Below, in pieces: positions 37,022 through 44,849 of a DNA stretch of 64,000 nt. Below the pieces are notes generated by a model. That model had not been told where the DNA came from. It searched no databases and worked only from the letters and a program-made list of their open reading frames with translations. The stretch spans positions 6,018 through 70,017 of the forward strand of contig JAFWYO010000137.1 of NCBI GenBank assembly GCA_017517715.1, given 5' to 3'. How positions within the stretch are numbered: the stretch's first letter is position 1; every line of letters begins with the position of its first letter. This stretch comes from Bacteroidales bacterium (GTDB lineage Bacteria > Bacteroidota > Bacteroidia > Bacteroidales > P3). A program made the translations under genes and the position numbers.

Positions 37022-37633
37022 ATGTCCAAGAAAGATATTATAACTGATGTATTAATGGTTACAATCGCCATTATCATTTCATTTACCTTTTTTTTATATA
37101 AAAAAAATAACATCTTACAAGAATATGCTTTTGACAAATGTGATACAACTGAGATGCCAGAATTTTTAATACCTTTTTATTATGTACCAAATAATCCTTT
37201 CCCAACAATCAAAGTAAAAACTCAATCTTGTATAGACTCTAATTTTTTTCAATGGGATTCTATTCTTGTTAATGTCTCAAAATTCTTTTATTTGAAAGTA
37301 TATAAAGCAGATTCTGTTTGTTTGCTGAATCCTTGCGATAACGAATGTTCGATTAAAGAAATGACGGTGTATTACAAAACTGGAGAAAGATTATACACAG
37401 GCAATTCTTTGAACAAAAATGACAGAATAAAAAGATTACTTGCAGTATTAGATTCAATTACAATCGCAGAAATGAAAAAAAATTCATATAGATATACGTC
37501 AACCTACGAAGAATTCCAGAAAAAAAACAAAGAAACTATACTCTATGACTATGAATACACTGAACATTTTGAGAATGGATTAAGGCAACCATACGATAGA
37601 TTTGATGTCAAATTAATGTTTGTTTCTCGCTGA
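37022..37633 (+). CDS. Cassette 3: hypothetical membrane-anchored protein
   Basis: 203 aa with N-terminal TM VLMVTIAIIISFTFFLY. It is very AT-rich. Confidence 0.55.
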   Translation: MSKKDIITDVLMVTIAIIISFTFFLYKKNNILQEYAFDKCDTTEMPEFLIPFYYVPNNPFPTIKVKTQSCIDSNFFQWDSILVNVSKFFYLKVYKADSVCLLNPCDNECSIKEMTVYYKTGERLYTGNSLNKNDRIKRLLAVLDSITIAEMKKNSYRYTSTYEEFQKKNKETILYDYEYTEHFENGLRQPYDRFDVKLMFVSR

Positions 37634-37646
37634 ATAACTCCAATTG

Positions 37647-37692
37647 AAATCCGATACAACACACGCAAAAAAAGAACATCCGCCGCGTCGGG
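37647..37692 (+). repeat. Cassette-boundary element, copy 4 (3'-terminal 46 bp only)
   Basis: AAATCCGATACAACACACGCAAAAAAAGAACATCCGCCGCGTCGGG matches the 3' end of the full copies. Confidence 0.85.
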
Positions 37693-37775
37693 TTTGGTTG
37701 AATGTTCTGTCATATACAGGAGGTAGTAAAACAAAGTATTACACAATTGGTGCATATAAATGAAAAAAGAACAAG

Positions 37776-38766
37776 ATGAGAGATATTACCACTATTATTA
37801 TGGCATTGTTTCTGGTAATGACTCTGACAACAGAATCATTTGGACAAAATCCCGATTATTCCTTTTCTATAGAGGAGATCAATGGCTTTTGCTATGATAT
37901 TTATTCTCATAATAATAAAGAATACAAAGTTTGTTACGGCAGGCCGTCCTTTTCAAAAACTCTATTTCATTTTTCAGATGCTGAGAGAAAATGTTTTATA
38001 CTCCAATCAAAAAGATTTTCACCGACTGGAATGAATAGTCGAATTTTAATCTTAGATATAAAAAACAATATTGTACAAGAAATAGACAGTTGTTACGATA
38101 AGAATAATGGAATAAATCGTAAGGATTATTTGGCTACGTCAGGAGATACTGTTTATTTGGCATACCCCGAAAAAAATACTATTATCGCTTGTCTTTTTTC
38201 AAAACAAATGACACCTGCTTTTTCGAGTAGCAACAAGAGTAATTTTTTAAATATAATTGAACATCATCAGGATATATATACTTGGTGTGTCACAAAAAAT
38301 AATAAGAGGTTAGCATACAAGAGGAACGAAGAAGATAGCATAACTGTTATTTCCGAATACGAGACAGTAAAAATTCCATCGGGGTTTTCCGAAGTTTTAG
38401 CGTGGAGAGATGAAAATCACTTGCTCTATACAAAAATAGAAGTAAAAGGAATGGGAGATTTCTATTACGATTTATATGAATATAATATACAAGAAAAAAA
38501 AAAGCAACTTGATACTTGAAGGATTGCTGGATGTATATGATTTCTATAGCAACTTATTGTTATATTCAACCTCGCATAACAAACTAACTGTAGCTAGTCT
38601 AAATGGTGATGGGATAAAAGTGGAAAAGCAATTAGATCTTTCAACTCAATTTGAGTGGGTTTATTCGGCATATATTATTAATGACGATGAATTCATAATA
38701 GGAGGAGATAAAGATCAAACAGATTGTCACTATTTTAAATGCAGATTTTCAATTGCAAAAGATTGA
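37776..38766 (+). pseudogene. Cassette 4: secreted repeat/beta-propeller-like hypothetical protein, frameshifted in an A10 run
   Basis: ORFs 37776-38519 and 38476-38766 overlap across the A10 run at 38494-38503. Removing one A fuses them (..YEYNIQEKK-SNLILEGLL..). The signal peptide is MALFLVMTLTTESFGQ. Confidence 0.6.
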
Positions 38767-38842
38767 TATTTTAATGTAATATATTATCTTGCTATAGCGG
38801 AATTTGCAATTATTCACCCGACGCGTCGGATGTTCGAGGCGT

Positions 38843-38924
38843 TGCGGCGGATCTGCGATCCGACGCTGGTTAATATAAGGATTTTCAATCCGCAGCACAC
38901 AAAAAAGAACACCCGCCGCGTCGG
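38843..38924 (+). repeat. Cassette-boundary element, copy 5 (internal deletion of about 95 bp), preceded by a 20-nt duplicate of the 3' terminus at 38814-38834
   Basis: GCGGCGGATCTGCGATCCGACGCTGGTTAATATAAGGATTTTCAATCCGCAGCACA is joined directly to CAAAAAAGAACACCCGCCGCGTCGGG. Confidence 0.85.
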
Positions 38925-39004
38925 GATGTTTTCATCTTTAAGTTATGACAGAAATCATATCTGCCAGACGTTTATTCAAGTTTTGATAGAGTGACAAAAC
39001 CTGA

Positions 39005-39231
39005 CGGTGCGACACACCCCGCCCGTTGGGCACCCCTCTCCGAGAGGGGATGGCGCGGTAGCGGTTTGGATGTCTGTTAGTTTGACGCAACTATTTACGA
39101 GAAAAAAATCGACTGCGTAGCCATCCCCTCTCGGAGAGGGGAGAAGGAACTGCCAGTAGGATCCAAAGCTCCAGTGAAGCTTTGGAGTTCCGATAGCGAA
39201 GCGGTGAACAAAAGGGCGGGGTGTGTCGCAC
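39005..39231. repeat. Composite inverted repeat (GGTGTGTCGCAC box plus CCCCTCTCNGAGAGGGG palindrome box)
   Basis: 39032-39053 is the exact reverse complement of 39119-39140 (22/22). 39005-39023 is the reverse complement of 39213-39231 (18/19). Confidence 0.85.
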
Positions 39232-39324
39232 TCGCAATCCCAAGCGGACAATAAATGCAGGTGTGTCGCACTCGCAATCCCAAGCGGACAATAAATTCAG
39301 GTGTGTAGCACTCGCAATCCCAAG
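39219..39324 (+). repeat. 40-bp tandem repeat, 2.6 copies (GGTGTGTCGCACTCGCAATCCCAAGCGGACAATAAATNCA)
   Basis: Copies start at 39219, 39259 and 39299 with an exact 40-nt period and no unique spacers. Confidence 0.9.
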
Positions 39325-39805
39325 CTGTTTTTCTAATCGAGATTCAAACCGCCGGATTCGTTCTGGCTGTTTTTTGCCGCCGGAAAGCCTCGACAGGCGC
39401 CTCTTGCCAGCGGCATAACTCCCTGTTGCACATATACCATCTTCTTATCATCTTCTACTAAACTTCTTTTTAACTTTTTACTAAATTCTACTTCAGTAGG
39501 CAATAATAAGAAGAAAGTAACGTTATGGTTAAAACTTAATGTGGCGATGCGAGGGTGAAATGTGGTTCAATTCGATTGAAAACAGATGACCTCTAAATAT
39601 TCTTCTTTCTTGAACACGAATTTAACGAATAATACGAATTAAAAGCTCCGTAAATATTAACTGTGAAAGCAAACGATGCTGCCACACACGGGGCCACTCT
39701 ACGCGCTCCACAGGAGCTTGTACCAAGCAAAACACGAATTTTACGAATTACAGAGGTTGCCGACAGTAATTAGTGATTGTGTAATAAACAGTAAATGATA
39801 CGCTT

Positions 39806-40618
39806 ATGGGAAAACAACAGAATTCATTCGGTGGCGGCTTCAGCGGACGGCTGGGCGCGACGGTGGGCTACAACTGGCGCGGGCGCTGGTGCGTGCGGTC
39901 GCTGCCTGGCGACTTCCACGATGCGCGGAGCGATGCGCAGCTGCGCCAGCGGAAGCTTTTTGCGGAGATGGTCCGTTTTGCGGCCAAAGCCAGGCGGATA
40001 TTGTCAATATCGCTCGAGGTTGTGTCTCGCAATGAGGGCGTTACGCCGAGCAATTATTTCACAAGGATGAACAAGGGGTGCTTTTCGATTCAGGATGGCG
40101 AACTGGCTGTCGACCTGCCGTCGTTGCGCCTCAGCGAGGGACCGGTGGCCCCGGTGGCGTTCGATGTGCCTCAACTGGTTGACGATACGACGATTAGCAT
40201 CGCTTTCGAGAAGAATCCGCTGAACCGTAACTGCAGTGCGGACGACCAGATTTATCTGGTGGCATATTGTCCTGAATACAAGAGTTTTGACTTTTCCGAC
40301 GCGACGGCGCGGCGGCGCAAACAGGCTGTGCTGCAGCTGAATGAGGGCTGGGTAGGCAAGGAGGTGCACCTGTGGGGCTTTGTCGTCGACAGGGCCGGCC
40401 GTGCGTCGCAGAGTGTTTATATCGGAAGTGGGGTTTTGGATTTTTCGGCTGTAAGTGAAAATACTGACAACGAAAGTGTTGGCTTCGCAGATGTTCCTTT
40501 CGTTGACGAGCAGACGGGCGAAATAATGTATGACGGAACGCCGGCTGCCGATGGTGCTGCTTCGGGCCGAGTTGTACGGCAGGCTTCGAAGGCTGTCCCT
40601 TCTTCGGGCGAGGGATAA
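39806..40618 (+). CDS. DUF6266-like hypothetical protein
   Basis: 270 aa. The N-terminus MGKQQNSFGGGFSGRLGATVGYNWRGRWCVRSLP matches what I remember of the DUF6266 pattern (G.SGK.G..VGY...G...R). Confidence 0.55.
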   Translation: MGKQQNSFGGGFSGRLGATVGYNWRGRWCVRSLPGDFHDARSDAQLRQRKLFAEMVRFAAKARRILSISLEVVSRNEGVTPSNYFTRMNKGCFSIQDGELAVDLPSLRLSEGPVAPVAFDVPQLVDDTTISIAFEKNPLNRNCSADDQIYLVAYCPEYKSFDFSDATARRRKQAVLQLNEGWVGKEVHLWGFVVDRAGRASQSVYIGSGVLDFSAVSENTDNESVGFADVPFVDEQTGEIMYDGTPAADGAASGRVVRQASKAVPSSGEG

Positions 40619-40628
40619 GAGGCTGATT

Positions 40629-41000
40629 CTATTTGTCTTGTCCGTTAGGGACGGCGAAAATGACGGTTAGCGCTCCGACGGCGCCGGCTACGGGGACTAT
40701 GATGCGGGCCACCGAGCCGGCGGGGATGAAGACGAACGTCGACAGCAGCACCATTGCTGCCATTATGCCGATGGCTCCGGCTTTTTGTGTGGCGGTCATT
40801 CCGCCGCGCCGCTTGTAGTCGCGTATGTAACGCCCTAGCCACGAGGCCAGTAGCCATTGCTGCAGACGCGGCGACGAGCGGTAGAAGAACCACGAGGCCA
40901 GCAGCAGGAATGGCGTGGTGGGCAGCCCTGGAACCACCACGCCCAGGGCTCCGAGGCCTACGGTGAGGAGGCCTAGCGCTATGTAGATGTACCGTTTCAA
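40629..41000 (-). CDS. YbaN/DUF454 family inner-membrane protein
   Basis: The C-terminal part of track ORF 40629-41357 reads KRYIYIALGLLTVGLGALGVVVPGLPTTPFLLLASWFFYRSSPRL. I chose the TTG start at 41000, which overlaps the thioesterase stop. Confidence 0.6.
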   Translation of the reverse strand: MKRYIYIALGLLTVGLGALGVVVPGLPTTPFLLLASWFFYRSSPRLQQWLLASWLGRYIRDYKRRGGMTATQKAGAIGIMAAMVLLSTFVFIPAGSVARIIVPVAGAVGALTVIFAVPNGQDK

Positions 41001-41398
41001 AGTTCTTGGATTCGCTGGTAGAGTTCGGGGAACCGTTTTTCGAGCGAGACGGGGCGTCCGTTTTCGAGGAAACAATGGGTGCTGGTGGCGGTGCAGATGG
41101 TTTTGCCGCCGCAAGTCATTGTGTAGGAGAATGATATTTTCAGCGGGGTTGTTTCGGCCACGCGGACTTCGATTTCGAGGATGTCCTTGAAGGTCGAGGT
41201 GTGGCGGTAGCGGCAGTCGACGGCCACTACGGGCGACACTACGCCTTCGGCTTCCATACGGTCGAAGCCGTAGCCCATCTGGTCCATCCAGTCGACGCGC
41301 GCCTCTTCCATAAAACGGATGTAGTTGCTGTGGTGGGTGATGCCCATTCGGTCGCATTCGTAGTATTTCACCTCGTGCCGGTAGGGTTTGATGTTCAT
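40997..41398 (-). CDS. Acyl-CoA thioesterase, 4HBT/YbgC family
   Basis: 133 aa. VKYYECDRMGITHHSNYIRFMEEAR is a typical hotdog-fold thioesterase N-terminus. Confidence 0.8.
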   Translation of the reverse strand: MNIKPYRHEVKYYECDRMGITHHSNYIRFMEEARVDWMDQMGYGFDRMEAEGVVSPVVAVDCRYRHTSTFKDILEIEVRVAETTPLKISFSYTMTCGGKTICTATSTHCFLENGRPVSLEKRFPELYQRIQEL

Positions 41399-41557
41399 AT
41401 TTTTCTGTGCAAGTTTTTGTTAATCAATGATTATGATGCTTGGATTGGACCTTTTCCGTTGGTCTGAATCTTTTGCAAATTTACATAATTAATGGGGAAT
41501 ATGGAAAGAAGATGGTTAAATTTGTTAGGGTTTTGATGGTGAGATACTTTATTTTGC

Positions 41558-41640
41558 GGTGTGTCGCACCGTCAAACCAAACGTACAGGGTGTGTCGCAC
41601 TCGCAAACCCAGGCGGAGAATAAACGGGCGGGGTGTGAGG
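41558..41640 (+). repeat. Two GGTGTGTCGCAC boxes plus a GGGCGGGGTGTG box (same family as 39005-39324)
   Basis: GGTGTGTCGCACCGTCA at 41558, GGTGTGTCGCACTCGCAAACCCAGGCGGAGAATAAA at 41589, then CGGGCGGGGTGTGAGG. Confidence 0.8.
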
Positions 41641-41832
41641 GTTGCTGCAAAAAAAGAGAGGTGGCCTCGCGGGCGCCTCTCTTCCGAACAACATTAAATT
41701 GGTTTCTGGGCTATCTGATTGACAAGGGTTTTTGCTTGTGATGCTTTTGTGCCCAGAAATGTTGCAGCATCGTTTGTCGTGTAATAACCAAAGTGTTAAA
41801 ACTATGTGTCATAACGTTTAACTTCTTGTTTT

Positions 41833-43026
41833 TTAGTCTGCTTCGTAGATCAGCAGCTCGCCGTCGACGTAGAGGAAGAGCATCGGGTCTTTGTCTCTTT
41901 TCTTGAAGATCCAGCATCCGCCGTTCTCGCGGTCGATTTCGGTCTTGATGTATCGGCTGCTGATTTGCTGCTCGGCCAGCACTTTGTCGTTCTGGTCGAA
42001 GACCTGCAGGTAGGTGTTGCCGTCCGCATCGTTCACGATGGCGTACATTATGTCGCCGCTCACGGCATAGCTCACCAGGTCGACGTTGTAGGTCTCGCGG
42101 ACGTAGCGGTTCACGACGACGACGTCAGTAACGTGATAGTCATACCAATACGAGTTGCAGTAGACCCAGAAGCCTGGCCAGAAGATGGGGCGCGGATGGA
42201 CGTGGACCCACACCACGGGGCGCATATGCATCATATGGTGATGGTAGGGGTGGTGGAAATAGGGTGCGGGGTGCATCGGACGGTGCGAGGGGGGCATATG
42301 TCCTGGACGGTCGGGGCGTGCATAGTGATGGCCGGGGTGGTTCTGCGGATGGACTGTGCCACGGCCGCTTTGTCCTATGGTGCCGGGGGCGCCGGGTGCA
42401 CCGTTGCCGCGCGATTTGCTGACGCGGGGAGCGTTGTCGGCACGGTTGCTGCTGAGACCTGCCGAATGCTCGTTGCGGCCACGGCTGCCGATATCGCCAC
42501 TGTTGCGTGACGGACGGTCGCCGCCGCGAACGCCGTTCGATGCGGGACGGCTGGGCGAACTGCTGCGCGGTGCCTCGATCGAGGAGCGCGAGCTGCTGCG
42601 CACGCTGCTGCGGCCGTTATCGGACGAGGTGCCGCGATAGGTGGCTGTGCCTCTGCGCTCGGAAGACGATGGGCGCGACACGGAGCCGCCGCGGCTGCCC
42701 GAGAACGAGCTGCTGCTGCGCGACGAAGAATTTGAAAACGAACTGGAGCTGCGGTTGCTGCTGCCCGAATGCGAACTGCGGCTGCTGCCAGAGAATGAAC
42801 TGCCGCTGCGCGACGAGGAGCCCGAGTACGAGCTGCTGCTACGCGACGAGCTGGAGTGCGAACTGCCGCTGAACGAACTGTGGCTGCCACCACCGCGCGA
42901 ACTGCTCGATGAAGAAGAGCTGTGGCCACCGCCACGCGAACCGCCGCCGCGTCCTTGGGCATACACCGGGGTAGCGCTGAGCAGGGTTCCTAGTGCCACA
43001 ATTGCGATTAACTTGTTGGTTTTCAT
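41833..43026 (-). CDS. Secreted protein with a Ser/Gly/Arg low-complexity region of about 200 aa, a His/Pro-rich segment and a compact C-terminal domain
   Basis: 397 aa with signal peptide MKTNKLIAIVALGTLLSATPVYAQ. This is followed by GGSRGGGHSSSSSSSSRGGG..., then HPQNHPGHHYARPDRPGHMPPSHRPMHPAPYFHHPYHHHMMHM. Confidence 0.7.
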   Translation of the reverse strand: MKTNKLIAIVALGTLLSATPVYAQGRGGGSRGGGHSSSSSSSSRGGGSHSSFSGSSHSSSSRSSSSYSGSSSRSGSSFSGSSRSSHSGSSNRSSSSFSNSSSRSSSSFSGSRGGSVSRPSSSERRGTATYRGTSSDNGRSSVRSSSRSSIEAPRSSSPSRPASNGVRGGDRPSRNSGDIGSRGRNEHSAGLSSNRADNAPRVSKSRGNGAPGAPGTIGQSGRGTVHPQNHPGHHYARPDRPGHMPPSHRPMHPAPYFHHPYHHHMMHMRPVVWVHVHPRPIFWPGFWVYCNSYWYDYHVTDVVVVNRYVRETYNVDLVSYAVSGDIMYAIVNDADGNTYLQVFDQNDKVLAEQQISSRYIKTEIDRENGGCWIFKKRDKDPMLFLYVDGELLIYEAD

Positions 43027-43072
43027 AATATATCCTTTCGTTTAGTTGTTTCTTTTCGGTTTTTTCACAATG

Positions 43073-43080
43073 CAAAAGTA
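43073..43080 (-). promoter_or_regulatory. -7 box (TACTTTTG on the minus strand) upstream of the SR-rich protein gene
   Basis: CAAAAGTA on the plus strand, 47 nt upstream of the start at 43026. Confidence 0.45.
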
Positions 43081-43317
43081 CTTACACATTTGCAAGTAAA
43101 ACCCGAAATGTTGTCCTCTTTTTCCCTTTTTTTGCCCGAAAAACCCGAAAATGGCACGTAATGGATTGGAATACAGTGGTTTTATTGCATAGGGTGTGTC
43201 GCACCGTAAAGGTACCATAAAGAGCATTATAAATACACGCAAGCAGGGCATTTCCTATTGTGGGAAATGCCCTGCTTGATGGTAATGTGTGCCGGTTTGT
43301 GTGTTGCCTGGTCGGGG

Positions 43318-43857
43318 TCAGTTGTTTTCGACGCTGTTGTTGTCGCTTTCGACGACGTTGTTGTTGTTGTCGGCATCGTTGTTTTCATTGTTGTTGTCGG
43401 CGACAGAACGCGAAAACACTCCGAGGTTGCGGAAAGCTATATAATAATATGTTATGAAGAGCAGGGTGAACATTATGTCGCCCAGCGGCAGTCGTTCGCG
43501 GCCGAGGAAGAGGAGGGTGACGAGCATCACAAGCAGTTGTGCCAGTGTGTATAGGTGGAAACCTATTTTGCGCAGGTTCCACATCAGGATGACGCCTGTC
43601 AGCGAAAGGGCGTAGAGCAGTGCGCTGCAGAGGAAGAAGGAGCGTGGCGTTTCGAAGAACTGTTCCAGATAGACTGTCATTTCTGCTGGAAATGGCATAG
43701 AACCAGACAGGTACGTCGCTTTTAAGGAAGGGAAAAGCAGTCCTGTCATCAGATAGCTGATGAATAGGGTGCCGGAGCCTATGATGCTTAGAACCAGTAT
43801 TATTCGTAAATTACGGCGTCGCGCTTCGAATATCTGTTGTTCGAGATTGTTGTCCAC
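43318..43857 (-). CDS. Hypothetical polytopic membrane protein with Asn/Asp-rich C-terminal tail
   Basis: 179 aa with about 4 TM segments. The tail is ADNNNENNDADNNNNVVESDNNSVENN. Confidence 0.55.
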   Translation of the reverse strand: MDNNLEQQIFEARRRNLRIILVLSIIGSGTLFISYLMTGLLFPSLKATYLSGSMPFPAEMTVYLEQFFETPRSFFLCSALLYALSLTGVILMWNLRKIGFHLYTLAQLLVMLVTLLFLGRERLPLGDIMFTLLFITYYYIAFRNLGVFSRSVADNNNENNDADNNNNVVESDNNSVENN

Positions 43858-43907
43858 AGTGAAAAATGAAGATTATTTATTGTGTAAGTTGCTGTTTCCA
43901 AATGGTG

Positions 43908-44744
43908 TTAGAATATTTTACGCAGTTCGTCGGCCATCTGTTGCTGCAGTTTGGCTGCCTCTTCGGCGGCGCGCTGTGCAAAGTCGGCGCCGTTGGAGGC
44001 GTAGATGATGCCGCGCGACGAGTTGACGAGCAGGCCGCAGTCGCTGTTGAGGCCGTAGCGGCACACTTCGCTGAGGCTGCCGCCCTGGGCACCGACGCCG
44101 GGGACGAGGAGGAAACTGTCTGGGACTATGTTTCTTACGGTTGTTAGCATATCGGCTTTGGTGGCTCCGACGACGTACATCATATTGTCGGGCGTGCCCC
44201 ATTGCTGCGATGCGAGCAGCACTTTTTCGAAGAGGTAGCAGTCGTCGTATTCGGTCTTGATGTACTGGAAGTCGAAGGCGCCTTTGTTGGAGGTAAGTGC
44301 CAGCAGGATAACCCATTTGCCGTCGTAGACGGTAAAGGGTGTCACGGAATCTTCGCCCATATAGGGGGCTATGGTCATCGAGTCGAAATTGAAGTCGCCC
44401 TCGGGGTCGAGGAAGGCTTTGGCATACTGCTGCGAGGTGTTGCCGATGTCGCCGCGCTTGGCGTCGGCGATGGTAAATGCTTTGTCGTCAAGGCTGTGGA
44501 GGTAGTCCATAGTCTTCTTGAGCTGGACAAGGCCTTTGATTCCGGCGGCTTCGTAGAAGGCCAGGTTGGGTTTGTAGGCCACGGCGTAGGGCAGTGTGGC
44601 GTCGATGATGGCCTTGTTGAAAAGGAAGATGCCGTCTTCTTCGTTCTGAAGGTGTTGGGGCATTTTGCGGATGTCGGTGTCGAGTCCGACGCAGAGGAAG
44701 GACTGTTTGCGACGTATGGTTTCGACTAATTCTTTGCGTGTCAT
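43908..44744 (-). CDS. pyrF: Orotidine-5'-phosphate decarboxylase (type 2)
   Basis: [10 protein letters not shown] and [11 protein letters not shown] motifs. Length is 278 aa. Confidence 0.88.
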   Translation of the reverse strand: MTRKELVETIRRKQSFLCVGLDTDIRKMPQHLQNEEDGIFLFNKAIIDATLPYAVAYKPNLAFYEAAGIKGLVQLKKTMDYLHSLDDKAFTIADAKRGDIGNTSQQYAKAFLDPEGDFNFDSMTIAPYMGEDSVTPFTVYDGKWVILLALTSNKGAFDFQYIKTEYDDCYLFEKVLLASQQWGTPDNMMYVVGATKADMLTTVRNIVPDSFLLVPGVGAQGGSLSEVCRYGLNSDCGLLVNSSRGIIYASNGADFAQRAAEEAAKLQQQMADELRKIF

Positions 44745-44849
44745 ATTTGTGAATTGTGATTTTAGTGGATTGTGATGGGTTACTAGTGATTTAAAATCAG
44801 TCTTTTGTGAGTTTGTGGAATGTTTGTTCGAGGCTGTCGTGTCCTTGGG

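Noticed and set aside
35433-38924. Classification as a classical integron or CALIN.
   Set aside because: There is no intI-type integrase, no attI and no GTTRRRY core sites, and the elements (about 176 bp) are longer than typical attC sites. I kept it as integron-like only, not as an integron.
39219-39324. Possible CRISPR array, given the regularly spaced 40-bp repeats.
   Set aside because: The units abut directly with no unique spacers. There are only 2.6 copies and no cas genes in the window. This is a plain tandem repeat.
38976-39418. Small ORFs across the GGTGTGTCGCAC and palindrome repeats (38976-39251, 39091-39291, 39095-39283, 39221-39418), and similar ones at 41440-41741.
   Set aside because: Their translations merely reflect the repeated DNA units in different frames. 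There is no independent coding evidence.
40629-41357. The 242-aa track ORF taken as a single gene.
   Set aside because: Its N-terminal two thirds is Arg/Pro/His-rich and overlaps the well-supported thioesterase gene (40997-41398) in another frame. Only the C-terminal YbaN/DUF454-like part (40629-41000) is credible.
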